Shown piece after piece: positions 1 to 8,928 of a DNA stretch of 64,000 bases; the stretch's first letter is position 1, and every line of letters begins with the position of its first letter. This DNA comes from an uncultured Myxococcales bacterium. Its GTDB lineage: Bacteria > Myxococcota_A > Polyangia > Haliangiales > Haliangiaceae. Location: the NCBI GenBank assembly GCA_942492525.1, contig CALOFI010000005.1, positions 64,001 through 128,000 of the forward strand, written 5' to 3'. A model generated the notes under the pieces. The model was not told where the DNA came from. It saw only the letters and a program-made list of their open reading frames with translations, and did not search any database. A program made the position numbers and the translations under genes.

Positions 1-573
1 AGCGAGCTGTTCGAGCGCCACTTCGACGCGGTCTACCGGTTCCTGCGCGGCAAGGCCGAGGTCGCGGTCGAGGACCTGGTCCAGCAGACCTTCCTCGCCT
101 GCGTCAAGCGCCGCGACGCGCTGCGCAGCGGCGCCGGCTTTCGCACCTACCTGTTCACGGTCGCGCGCCACGAGCTCTTCGAGCACTGGCGGCAGCGGGC
201 CCGGCGCGCCGGCGACGTCGAGGTCGGCGAGGTCTCGCTCGCCGATCTCGCGACCTCGCCGAGCGGCGTGATCGCGCGCCAGGCCGAGCACAAGCTGCTG
301 CTGCGGGCGCTGCGCGCGATCCCGCTCGATCTCCAGATCGCGCTGGAGCTGCACTACTGGGAAGGCATGGCCGGTCCCGAGCTGGCCGAGGTGCTCGGCA
401 TCCCCGAGGGCACCGTGCGCAGCCGGCTGCGCCGGGCCCGCGAGGCGCTGGAGACCGCCATGGCCGAGCTCGCCGACGATCCGCAGACGCTGGAGTCGAC
501 CCGCAGCGACTTCGACAAGTGGGCAGAGTCGCTGGCGTTCGTCGTCCACAGCGGCCGCCGCAAGGTCGCGTAG
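1..573 (+). CDS. ECF (sigma-70 family) RNA polymerase sigma factor, 5'-truncated by the window edge
   Basis: Frame-1 translation from base 1 gives SELFERHFDAVYRFLRGKAE...DLVQQTFLACVKRRDAL (sigma-70 region 2 pattern); the C-terminal part LELHYWEGMAGPELAEVLGIPEGTVRSRLRRAREAL is a typical region-4 HTH; stop at 571-573. Confidence 0.8.
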   Translation, partial: SELFERHFDAVYRFLRGKAEVAVEDLVQQTFLACVKRRDALRSGAGFRTYLFTVARHELFEHWRQRARRAGDVEVGEVSLADLATSPSGVIARQAEHKLLLRALRAIPLDLQIALELHYWEGMAGPELAEVLGIPEGTVRSRLRRAREALETAMAELADDPQTLESTRSDFDKWAESLAFVVHSGRRKVA

Positions 574-645
574 CCGCGGCCGCGACGATTTCGGTGATCG
601 GTTCGCCGCCTGGTCCCTCTGCGGGAAGACAGGAGGCAACGAACC

Positions 646-1716
646 ATGAATCGACTCAGCATCTCCGCGGTGGCCATCGCCGCCGCAGCTCTCGGCGCGT
701 GCGGCGCCGACAGCACGGGCCAGTATGACCCCCTCACCGAGTTTCGGCTCACGGTCGTGCTGGAGTTCCAGGGCGACGCGACCGGGATGGTCGACCTCGG
801 CAGCGACGGAGACTGCCGCCCCGAGGACAGTACCTGCGTCTTCGCGATCCCGGCGATCAGCAGCGCGAGCCTGAACGCGATGCCGGGCACGGGCTCGGTC
901 TTCGTGGGCTGGTCAGGAGACTGCGTCGGAAGCGACGAGGAGGTCTCGGTGATGGGAATCGCAGGCCGCGACGTCTCCTGCACCGCGACCTTCGCCGTCG
1001 AGGGGACCGCCGGCCCATCGCGCGAAGGCATCCTGGTCGCCAACCGCCAGACCTGCACGCCGGTCAACGGCCCGCCGGCCAGCTTCGGCTGCGACGTCGC
1101 GCCCGGCGGCTCGTTCAACGTCAACGCGCCCAGCCCCGCGCTCGACGCGGCCCTGCAGACCGCGAACGCGTACTGCTACAGCTACGTCGACGTCAACGAG
1201 TTCACCAGCGAGGATCACGGCGTCGTCACCATGACGACCTCGCTGATCAACGCGACCGCCACCTGGTCGGGCGGCTACTACAGCTTCACGGGCCTGACCG
1301 GCGCGCCGTTCGCCGAGGGCGCCGACGCGGTCGCGGTCACCACCAGCGGCGGCACGGTCGACGTGCCGGCGCCGCCGCTGGTCACGCTGGTCGATGACCC
1401 CAGCGCCGGGCTGATCCTCGACACCGACGGCACCGCCGACTCGATCCGCCTGCTCGCCTTCGGCTACACGGCCGCCAACACCTCGTTCGGCGTGCTGTGC
1501 CGGTTCCCGTTCACCGACGACGCGCCGATCTCCAACCCGCTGTTCCTCAGCGCGCTGGCCGCGGTCAGCGGCGGCGCCGTGCCCTACTTCGTGCTCGCGG
1601 GCGTCGCCAACGGCGCGCCGATCACCGGCTGGGACGACGAGGACCGCATCGCCGAGGCCGTGCGGTGGTTCCAGCTCGACGGCCCGCACCTGGTCACGAT
1701 GGGCGAGCTGCAGTAG
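646..1716 (+). CDS. secreted lipoprotein, function unknown
   Basis: GGAGG RBS 8 nt upstream of ATG 646. N-terminus MNRLSISAVAIAAAALGAC is a lipoprotein signal with lipobox Cys. Ala/Gly/Thr-rich mature protein with no recognisable domain. Confidence 0.55.
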   Translation: MNRLSISAVAIAAAALGACGADSTGQYDPLTEFRLTVVLEFQGDATGMVDLGSDGDCRPEDSTCVFAIPAISSASLNAMPGTGSVFVGWSGDCVGSDEEVSVMGIAGRDVSCTATFAVEGTAGPSREGILVANRQTCTPVNGPPASFGCDVAPGGSFNVNAPSPALDAALQTANAYCYSYVDVNEFTSEDHGVVTMTTSLINATATWSGGYYSFTGLTGAPFAEGADAVAVTTSGGTVDVPAPPLVTLVDDPSAGLILDTDGTADSIRLLAFGYTAANTSFGVLCRFPFTDDAPISNPLFLSALAAVSGGAVPYFVLAGVANGAPITGWDDEDRIAEAVRWFQLDGPHLVTMGELQ

Positions 1717-1848
1717 CCGCGCGGCGCCGGCCGCCGGCGCCACGGCGGCGACGGAGTTCCCGATGGCCGCGGCGTCGCCGGGGCCGTCGGCCGTCCGGAG
1801 CGGTGACGCCCCGGCCCGCGCGCGGCGGCAGCTCTGCGCCAGATGTCA

Positions 1849-1905
1849 CGTGCATCACCGTGCACATTATCTCTTGACGCGTGCATCGTCGTGCATATAA
1901 CAAGG
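1849..1905 (+). promoter_or_regulatory. sigma-70-like promoter (TTGACG 1875-1880, TATAAC 1896-1901) overlapped by two copies of an 18-bp operator-like element GTGCATCnnnGTGCAyAT; probable ArsR-family operator; near-leaderless transcript
   Basis: Seen in sequence: cGTGCATCaccGTGCACAT (1849-1867) and GTGCATCgtcGTGCATAT (1881-1898); the first is an inverted repeat GTGCA-N6-TGCAC. The -10 element ends 7 nt before ATG 1909. An ArsR-family regulator is encoded in the operon downstream. Confidence 0.35.
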
Positions 1906-1908
1906 CTC

Positions 1909-2484
1909 ATGCTCGACTCGTTGCTCGCCACCCCGCCGCTGGTGCTCGCGTCCTCGTTGCTGCTGCTGGGCTTCGTCGGGCTCTCCATGGTGGACGGCCT
2001 GTACCTGCACCTGTGGAAGCTGCGGCTGCCCGCCCGCGCGGCCTCGTATCGCGAGCACCTGTGGCACACCGTGCGCGCGGTGCTGTTCGCGCCGATCGTG
2101 CTGGCGATCTTCGCCGCGCCCACCGCGGGCTGGGCGCTGTGGACCGGCATCGCGCTGCTCGCGATCGACCAGCTCGCCGAGCTCCTCGACGTCCTCGACG
2201 AGCGCGACAGCCGCGCCGAGCTGGGCGGCCTGTCGTCCTTCGAGTACGCGGTCCACGCGACGCTGGTGACGCTGCGCGCCGCCGCGATCGCCCTGGCGCT
2301 GGCGGCGCGCCCGGCCGCGGCGTGGGCGCTCGACGCGCCGGCGCAGCTCGGCGCCTACCCGGCCGCGATCGACACGCTGATCGGCGGCCTGGTGCCCGGC
2401 GCGATCGTGACCGCGGCGCTGCACCTCTGGCTGGCCTGGCGTCACCGCCCCGCGAGCCGCGCGCTGGCGACGAGCGCCGCGTGA
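1909..2484 (+). CDS. integral membrane protein (4-5 predicted TM helices), function unknown
   Basis: ATG 1909 directly downstream of the promoter. Hydrophobic stretches (LLLLGFVGLSMV, AVLFAPIVLAIFAAPTAGWALWTGIALLAI, etc.). Stop overlaps the next gene's start (GTGA). Confidence 0.5.
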   Translation: MLDSLLATPPLVLASSLLLLGFVGLSMVDGLYLHLWKLRLPARAASYREHLWHTVRAVLFAPIVLAIFAAPTAGWALWTGIALLAIDQLAELLDVLDERDSRAELGGLSSFEYAVHATLVTLRAAAIALALAARPAAAWALDAPAQLGAYPAAIDTLIGGLVPGAIVTAALHLWLAWRHRPASRALATSAA

Positions 2485-3272
2485 CCACCGCGCTGATCTT
2501 CGCGCTGGCGGTGGTGTCCACGCTGGGCGCGGGGGTCGCCACCGATCCGGCCGGGCTGCGCGCGGCGCTGCGCGGGCCCGGCGTCGCGCTCGCGGTGGTG
2601 ATGCAGACGCTGGCGCTGCCCGCCGCCGCCTGGCTCGCGATCACCGGGCTCGACCTCGGCGCCGCCGGCGCCGGCCTGCTGGTCGCCGCCGCCGCGCCGG
2701 GCGGCAGCACCGGTCCATTGCTCGCGCTGCTGGCCGGCGGCGAGGCGGCGCTCGCCGCCGCGCTGTTCCTGGTGCTGACGCTCGCCGGCACGATCACCGC
2801 GCTGGCCGCGACGCTCGCCTTCGACGTCGCCGGGGTTGCGGCGGTCGCGCGCGCCGCGGCGATCGTGACGGCGGTCGGGGTCGCGCCGCTGCTCGCCGGG
2901 CTGGTGCTCGGCGCGCGCCGGCCGACCGTGGCGCGCCGCCTGGCCCGGCCGCTCACCGCGCTGGGCGCGCTGCTGCTGATCGCGACGATCGGCGCGCTCG
3001 CCGCCCGCCACGCCGGCGCGCTCGCCGCGCCGCGGGTCCTGGCGGTCGCGCTGGGCCTGGTGCTGCTGTCGATGCTCCCCGCGCTGCGCGCCGCGCCGCG
3101 CGCGCGCGCCGTCGCGGTCGCCCAGGTCGGTGCGGTTCGCAACCTCACGCTCGCGCTGGTCGTGCTGACACCGGTCGGCGCGCCCGGGGCGGCGCTGGGC
3201 GCCGCGCTCTCGTACGGCCTGGTCATGTACGTCGCCACCGGCGGCGCGGCGATCGCGCTGCGCCGGGTATGA
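2481..3272 (+). CDS. polytopic membrane transporter-like protein (BART-superfamily / bile-acid:Na+ symporter or ACR3-like fold, tentative)
   Basis: GTG 2481 overlaps the upstream stop. 264 aa, essentially all hydrophobic helices rich in Ala/Leu/Gly, consistent with an 8-10 TM carrier. Family assignment is by composition and context only. Confidence 0.4.
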   Translation: MTTALIFALAVVSTLGAGVATDPAGLRAALRGPGVALAVVMQTLALPAAAWLAITGLDLGAAGAGLLVAAAAPGGSTGPLLALLAGGEAALAAALFLVLTLAGTITALAATLAFDVAGVAAVARAAAIVTAVGVAPLLAGLVLGARRPTVARRLARPLTALGALLLIATIGALAARHAGALAAPRVLAVALGLVLLSMLPALRAAPRARAVAVAQVGAVRNLTLALVVLTPVGAPGAALGAALSYGLVMYVATGGAAIALRRV

Positions 3273-3278
3273 TGGCCC

Positions 3279-3671
3279 ATGGTCAGTCGTGAGCGCGCGG
3301 CGGCGCGCATGGTCGAGGTGCTCGATGCACCGCTGCTGCGCGCGCTGACCGAGCCGGCGCGCCTCGCGATCCTCCGCGTCCTGCTGATCCACGGCCCGGC
3401 CGACATCGCCACCATCGCCGAGCAGCTGCCGCAGGACCGCTCGGTGATCTCGCGTCACCTCAAGGTGCTCGAGGACGCCGGCGTCGTGCTCGGCGTCCGC
3501 GAGGGCCGCCACAACCGCTACCACCTCGACGGCGCCGGCTTCGTCGCCGAGCTCGAGCGCATCCTCGGCGAGACCCGGGCGCTGGCGGCGATCTGCTGCC
3601 CGCCGGTCGCCGAGATCATCCCGGCCGCACGCCTGCGCCGCGCCACCCGCCCGCCGGGGAAACCCGGATGA
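3279..3671 (+). CDS. arsR: ArsR/SmtB-family metalloregulatory transcriptional repressor
   Basis: LTEPARLAILRVLLIHGPADIATIAEQLPQDRSVISRHLKVLEDAGVV is the canonical ArsR winged-HTH; C-terminal Cys pair (ICCPP). An ArsB-type permease follows in the same operon. Confidence 0.8.
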   Translation: MVSRERAAARMVEVLDAPLLRALTEPARLAILRVLLIHGPADIATIAEQLPQDRSVISRHLKVLEDAGVVLGVREGRHNRYHLDGAGFVAELERILGETRALAAICCPPVAEIIPAARLRRATRPPGKPG

Positions 3672-4552
3672 GCAGCCCGCGCCGCACGCCGCCGCACGCC
3701 GCCGCCCGCCACGTGCCGCACTGGCGGTCGCGCCGCCCCGGTCCCGACCGCAGCTACGTCTACCTCGCCGATCATCTGCGGGCCGCCGACCGCGCCGAGA
3801 TCATGGCGTGGCTCGCGACGCTGCGCCCGATCTGGGAGCAGCGCTACTCGACGCGTCGCCCGCCGCCGACGGGTCGCGAGCAGCGCCCGCTGCTGCGGCC
3901 GGTGTACTGGCTGGGCAACTGGCAGTTCGCCTGCCTCGGCTACTACATGCCGCCGCGCGGCATCCACGACCGCTGCGTCCGCGCCGAGCCGTTCCCGCCA
4001 GTGCTGACCCGGCTGACCGCGGCGGTCGAGGCGCGCGTCCGCAAGGAGTTCCCGCCCGCCGACGTGCCGGCCGGCTGGCGGCTCGACACCTGCCTGGTGA
4101 ACTTCTACGGCGACCGCCTCGAGCACGGGCGCTGGATCGACGCCGCGCGGGTCGGCGAGCATCGCGATCTCGAGCCCGGCCCGGTCGCGTCGCTGTCGAT
4201 CGGCGAGCGCGCGCTGATGCAGTTCATCGAGCGCGGCGCCGACGGTCCGCCGGCGCGCACGCAGTGGCTCGACGACGGCTCGCTGCAGATCTTCGCCGGC
4301 CCGCGCTGGAAGGATCGCCTGCTCCACCGCATCCAGCGCGTCGACGACAAGCGCGGCCTCGCGCTGCCGCCGGCGCTCGACGGCTTCCGCACCCGGCGCG
4401 TGAACTTCACCTTCCGGCACGTCCCGCCGGTGCACGTCACGCCGTTCGCCCGGCTGGCGCCGCGCGCGCGCGACGACGTCCGCGACTACGTCGCCCAGCT
4501 CGCCGCCGGCTCGCCGTTCTGGCGGGCGGCGCTGGAGGCGCCGGGCCCGTGA
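3668..4552 (+). CDS. AlkB-like Fe(II)/2-oxoglutarate-dependent dioxygenase with N-terminal extension
   Basis: Blocks align to E. coli AlkB: CLVNFY (AlkB CLINRY), GEHRDLEPGPVASLSIGERALMQF (HQDKDEPDL..PIVSVSLGLPAIFQF), LLHRIQRV (second His), RVNFTFRHV (RYNLTFRQ). Start overlaps the arsR stop. Confidence 0.6.
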   Translation: MSSPRRTPPHAAARHVPHWRSRRPGPDRSYVYLADHLRAADRAEIMAWLATLRPIWEQRYSTRRPPPTGREQRPLLRPVYWLGNWQFACLGYYMPPRGIHDRCVRAEPFPPVLTRLTAAVEARVRKEFPPADVPAGWRLDTCLVNFYGDRLEHGRWIDAARVGEHRDLEPGPVASLSIGERALMQFIERGADGPPARTQWLDDGSLQIFAGPRWKDRLLHRIQRVDDKRGLALPPALDGFRTRRVNFTFRHVPPVHVTPFARLAPRARDDVRDYVAQLAAGSPFWRAALEAPGP

Positions 4553-5799
4553 CCGAGCTGCTCGCGTACGGCGCGCTGGCGACGATGCTGGGCATCGTCC
4601 TGTGGCGGCCGCACGGCTGGGGCCCCGCGCTCGGCGCTGGCGTCGCGTGCGCCATCCTCGCCGCCGCCGGGCTGGTCGAGGCCGGCGATCTCGAGCACGC
4701 CGCGCGCGGGCTGTGGCGCCCGATCGTCACGCTGGTGGCGATCATGGTCATGACCGTCGCCGCCGAGCACCTCGGCGTGATCGATCGCCTCGCCGCGGTG
4801 ATCGAGCCGCGCACCCGTGGCCCGGTCCGCCACGCGTTCCGGGTCACGTTCGTGATCGCCGCGCTGGTCGCCGCGGTGCTGTCGAACGACGGCGCGATCC
4901 TGCTGCTCACGCCGGCGGTGATCGTGCTGATCCGCGCGGTCTATCCGCGCCGCTACCCGCGCTTCCAGTTCGCGTTCGCGTTCGCGGTCTTCGCCGGGGC
5001 CGGGGTCGCGCCGCTGGTCATCTCCAACCCGATGAACCTGATCGCCGCCAGCCACGCCGGCATCACCTTCAACGCGTACGCCGCGCTGATGGTGCCGGTC
5101 GCGGCGGCGAGCTGGCTGGCCACCTACGCGTGCCTGGCGTGGATCTTCCGCGACGTCCTCGACGACGAGGCGCCGGCGCTGGGGGCCTGGCCGGCCGCGC
5201 CGCCGCTGCGGTCCGAGGCCTGGCTGGTGGTCGTCGTGCTCGCCGTGGTCCTGCTCGCGTACCCGATCACCTCGTACTTCGACGGCCCCTTGTGGGTGGT
5301 CGCGGCCGCCGGCGCGATCCTGTGCATCGCCGCCTCGCTGAACGCCGGCGTCGGCGCCGACCGGCTGGCCCGCGGCGTGTCGTGGAGCATCCTGCCGTTC
5401 CTGGTCGGCGTGCTGATCGTCGCGCTCGCGCTCGAGCGCGCCGGCGCGGTCGCGCGCCTGGCCACGCTCTTCAGCGACAGCCCGGCGCCCTTGCCCACCA
5501 TCGGCATCACCGCGGCGATCGGCTCGGCCATCCTCAACAACCACCCGATGTCGCTGCTCGACGCGCTCGCGCTCGACCGGGTCGCCGGCAGCGGCGACGT
5601 CCACGTGCTGGCCGCGCTGATCGGCGGCGACCTGGGACCGCGCCTGTTGCCGGTCGGCTCGCTGGCCGGCCTGCTCTGGCTCGACATCATGCGCCGCGCC
5701 GGGATCGAGGTGCGGCTGAGCATGTTCGTCCGTGTCGGCCTGGTGCTCACGGCCGTGCCGATGACGGCCTCGCTGCTGGTGCTCTGGTTGCTGTCCTGA
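4549..5799 (+). CDS. arsB: ArsB/NhaD-superfamily arsenite/antimonite efflux permease-like membrane protein
   Basis: GTG 4549 overlaps the upstream stop (GTGA). 416 aa, about 12 TM helices with ArsB-like blocks (LLLTPAVIVLIRAVYPRRYPRFQFAFAFAVFAGAGVAPLVISNPMNLIAA; AAIGSAILNNHPMSLL). Lies downstream of arsR. Confidence 0.7.
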   Translation: MTELLAYGALATMLGIVLWRPHGWGPALGAGVACAILAAAGLVEAGDLEHAARGLWRPIVTLVAIMVMTVAAEHLGVIDRLAAVIEPRTRGPVRHAFRVTFVIAALVAAVLSNDGAILLLTPAVIVLIRAVYPRRYPRFQFAFAFAVFAGAGVAPLVISNPMNLIAASHAGITFNAYAALMVPVAAASWLATYACLAWIFRDVLDDEAPALGAWPAAPPLRSEAWLVVVVLAVVLLAYPITSYFDGPLWVVAAAGAILCIAASLNAGVGADRLARGVSWSILPFLVGVLIVALALERAGAVARLATLFSDSPAPLPTIGITAAIGSAILNNHPMSLLDALALDRVAGSGDVHVLAALIGGDLGPRLLPVGSLAGLLWLDIMRRAGIEVRLSMFVRVGLVLTAVPMTASLLVLWLLS

Positions 5800-5816
5800 T
5801 CGGCTACGCTGCGCCG

Positions 5817-6815
5817 ATGCGCACCCTCGTGCTGAGCTCCCTCGTGCTGGCTGCGAGCGGCTGCGGTGGCGACGACGACGGCGTCGACCCGGCCGTCGAC
5901 GCCGCGGCTGGCGCCGATGCCGACGGCGCGCGCTGGCAGCCGGCGCCTGCGGTCATCGACGGCGCGATCCAGGAGACCGCGGCGGTCGCGCTCGACGGGC
6001 GCATCTACGTCATCGGCGGCTTCGACGGCGCGCTGGCGATCCAGCGCGCGGTGCGGATCTTCGACGTCGCCGCCGGGACCTGGGCGCACGGCCCCGAGTT
6101 GCCGCGGGCGGTCCACCACGCCAACGCCGCCGTCGTCGACGGCACGATCTATGTCGTCGGCGCGCTCGAGTCGTTCCAGTTCAGCGCCACCGGGCTGATC
6201 TGGGCGTGGAACCCCGCGACCGACGCCGCCTGGCAGGAGCGCGGCGCGATGCCGGCCGGCACCGAGCGCGGCGCGGCGGTCACCGCCGTGCTCGACGGCC
6301 GCATCTACGTCGCCGGCGGGCTGCGCGGTGGCGCCGCGGTCGCCGACGTCTCCGCTTACGATCCGGGAGCCGGCACCTGGGACGACACCGTGCCCGATCT
6401 GCCGGCGCCACGCGACCACGCCTGCGGCGGCGTGGTGGCCGGCGCGCTGCACGTCGTCGGCGGACGCCAGGTCGACATCGGCTCGACCGAGCGCACCACG
6501 TGGGCGCTGGCGCCCGGCGGCGCGTGGAGCGTCCGCCAGCCGATGATCACCGGCCGCGGCGGCACCGGCTGCGGCGTGATCGACGATCGCTTGATCGTCG
6601 TCGGTGGCGAGGGCAACCCGGACGTCAGCAGCGGCGTGTATCCGCAGACCGAGGCGTACGATCCCGCGCTCGACACCTGGACCGCGCTCGAGCCGATGCG
6701 AACGCCGCGCCACGGCATGGGCGCGGCGAGCTGGAACGGCGTGCTCCACGTGCCCGGCGGCGCCACCGTGCAGAGCTTCGGCGCCGTCGACGTCCACGAG
6801 ACCTTCACGCCGTAG
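5817..6815 (+). CDS. Kelch-repeat (beta-propeller) lipoprotein
   Basis: N-terminus MRTLVLSSLVLAASGCGG (lipobox). At least five repeats of the Kelch signature (RIYVIGG, TIYVVGA, RIYVAGG, ALHVVGG, RLIVVGG) with spaced Trp/Tyr residues. Confidence 0.7.
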   Translation: MRTLVLSSLVLAASGCGGDDDGVDPAVDAAAGADADGARWQPAPAVIDGAIQETAAVALDGRIYVIGGFDGALAIQRAVRIFDVAAGTWAHGPELPRAVHHANAAVVDGTIYVVGALESFQFSATGLIWAWNPATDAAWQERGAMPAGTERGAAVTAVLDGRIYVAGGLRGGAAVADVSAYDPGAGTWDDTVPDLPAPRDHACGGVVAGALHVVGGRQVDIGSTERTTWALAPGGAWSVRQPMITGRGGTGCGVIDDRLIVVGGEGNPDVSSGVYPQTEAYDPALDTWTALEPMRTPRHGMGAASWNGVLHVPGGATVQSFGAVDVHETFTP

Positions 6816-6835
6816 CGACGCGCCGCCCGGGGCCG

Positions 6836-7312
6836 CTACGGGCAGGCCGTCGCCGCGCAGCGCCCGGCGCAGCAGCTGGGCGCCGAGTCTGGACACTGGC
6901 CGTCGCCGTGGCAGACCACCGTGCCGCCGTTGTCGGTCGCGCAGTTCGACGGCTCGCTGCACCCGGGGCCGAAGCCGAAGTCGCAGCACAGGTCGCCGGG
7001 GTTGTCGCAGTCCTCGGGCCCATCGCACGAGGTCAGCGGCCCCAGGCACAGCCCGAAGGCGGGCTCGCACGCGACGCCGCCGTCGGGATCGTCGCAGCAG
7101 CCCTGGCTCGTGCCCGGCACGCAGAGCTCCTGCTGCGGACCGCAGCGCACGCCGTACTCGGCGGCGTCCGGCCCGCCCGGCGCGGCGTCGATCACGCCGC
7201 CATCGATGCTCGACGAGCGCGCGTCGATCACGCGCGCCTCGTCGTCGCCACAGGCAGGCAGGTGCGCGAGCGAGAGGAAGGCCAGCGCCGGGACCAGGAG
7301 CAGGGGTTTCAC
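6836..7312 (-). CDS. small Cys-rich secreted lipoprotein (20 Cys in 158 aa)
   Basis: Signal MKPLLLVPALAFLSLAHLPAC (lipobox). Mature part is Gly/Asp/Pro/Cys-rich with CC and CxxC spacings (GCCDDPDGGVACEP, DLCCDFGFGPGC, SCCAGRCAATAC). Convergent with the Kelch gene. Confidence 0.5.
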   Translation of the reverse strand: MKPLLLVPALAFLSLAHLPACGDDEARVIDARSSSIDGGVIDAAPGGPDAAEYGVRCGPQQELCVPGTSQGCCDDPDGGVACEPAFGLCLGPLTSCDGPEDCDNPGDLCCDFGFGPGCSEPSNCATDNGGTVVCHGDGQCPDSAPSCCAGRCAATACP

Positions 7313-7326
7313 GCCGCGAGTCTACG

Positions 7327-8275
7327 TCAGGGAAACGCGCGGCGGCGACGGCTGTCGCGGTCCAGCAGCTCGCGATCGATCCGCGCGGCGTCGTCGAGCT
7401 GCCGGGGCGGCACCGCGGCGCCGCGGAGCACGTCGCGGATCACGCCGACGACGTCGGGGTCGGCGAGGATACGACGGTGCCCGAGGCCCGCGGTCCCGAC
7501 CATGCGCGCGCCCGGCCAGGGCCTGGACGGTCGCGGCGCCCTCGGCGAACGGGACCTCGCGGTCGCCGACGTCGTGGATCACCGTGAGCGCGGCGGTCTG
7601 CGCGGGCGCGAGCGCGCGGCCGTCGAGCGCGAGCGCGCTGGCCTGGTTGGCGTCGGCCAGCGCCGCCACGAACACGGTCCGCGCGCGCGCCGACAGGCCG
7701 GCCGCGGCCGCGAACCGGTCGATCGCGGCCTCGATGCCGAACACCGGCGCGACGTAGACCACGCGCCGCGCGGTCAGCCCTTGCGCCAGCGCGACGGTGG
7801 TGGCGGCGGCGCCGAACGAGTGCGCGACGATCGCCTCGACGCCGCCGGCGGCGTCGGCCACGGCCCGGACCTCACGGGCCAGGTGCGCGAGCGTGAGCTG
7901 GTGCGCGTCGCTGTCGCCGTGCGCCGTCGCGTCGAACGCGACCACGCGGAAGCCGGCGTTGACCAGCGGCGGGATCAGCGCGCCGAGCTGGGTGCCGCGG
8001 CCGCCCCAGCCGTGGACCAGCAGCACCGTCGGTCCCTCGCCCCAGCTCCAGGCCGCGATCGCGTGGCGCTCGCGCACCACCGTCAGCGGCGTCGCGACCG
8101 CGAGCAGCGCGACCTCCGGCGCAGGCCGCGCGCCGCGCGGCGGGCTGAGGAACGAGCGCACCGCCAGGCGCGCCGCGACCCGCGGCGACAGCCGGTCGGC
8201 GACCGCGACGACGCCGCGCAGGGCGGCGATTCCATGACGAACGTTCGTGCTTTTTTCTGGGTGCGACGATGCCAT
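7327..8275 (-). CDS. alpha/beta-hydrolase fold protein, apparently frameshifted near 7490-7500
   Basis: TVLLVHGWGG, AHSFGAA (GxSxG nucleophile elbow), Asp and His regions. After LAGRAHG the ORF-track frame becomes Arg/Pro junk, while the -1 frame continues plausibly (MVGTAGLGHRRILADPDVVGVIRDVLRG...) to a TGA at 7327-7329. Confidence 0.5.
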
Positions 8276-8296
8276 GACCAGCCTCCGGTGTGCGGT

Positions 8297-8869
8297 TCAG
8301 TGCGCGCGCTCGAGCAGCGCGTCGAGCGCCCGCCGAGCACGAGTCGAGATCCTGGGCTCGCCGAGCAGGCGGCCCATCGTGTGATACGCCATCAGGATGC
8401 CGTGCGCCTCGAACGCGAGCTGCCGCGCATCGACGTCGGCGCGCAGGTGCCCCTCGTCGATCGCGATCCTGGCGGCGCTGGTGAGGGTGTCGAGCCAGTC
8501 GCGCATCGCGGCGGCCACCGCGTCGCGCGCGGGGCCGGGACGATCGTCGAGCTCCGTCGAGAGCTGCACGAAGATGCACGCCTGCTCGCCCCACTTCATC
8601 CAGCGCTCGACCAGCGCGCGCAAGCGCGGCTCGCCGCGCGCCACCTTGAGCGCCGGCGCGATGACCTGGGCCACGAACAGCCCGCGGGCGTGCTCGATCA
8701 CGGCCAGCTGCAGGGCCTCCTTGCTGCCGAAGTGCGCGAACAGGCCGCTCTTCGACAGCTCGAGCGCCGAGGCGAGCTGCCCGATGGTCAGCGCCTCGAG
8801 CCCCAGCGTGCGCGCCAGCTCGGTGGCGCGGTCCAGGATGTTCGTGCGGGTGGCTTCGCCCTTGCGCAT
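8297..8869 (-). CDS. TetR/AcrR-family transcriptional regulator
   Basis: MRKGEATRTNILDRATELARTLGLEALTIGQLASALELSKSGLFAHFGSKEALQLAV is the TetR N-terminal HTH signature; 190 aa. Confidence 0.85.
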   Translation of the reverse strand: MRKGEATRTNILDRATELARTLGLEALTIGQLASALELSKSGLFAHFGSKEALQLAVIEHARGLFVAQVIAPALKVARGEPRLRALVERWMKWGEQACIFVQLSTELDDRPGPARDAVAAAMRDWLDTLTSAARIAIDEGHLRADVDARQLAFEAHGILMAYHTMGRLLGEPRISTRARRALDALLERAH

Positions 8870-8928
8870 CGCGATGAGCCAACAATAGGACGGTCGTTCT
8901 ATTTTGGCAAGGGCCAAGATCGGGGCGA

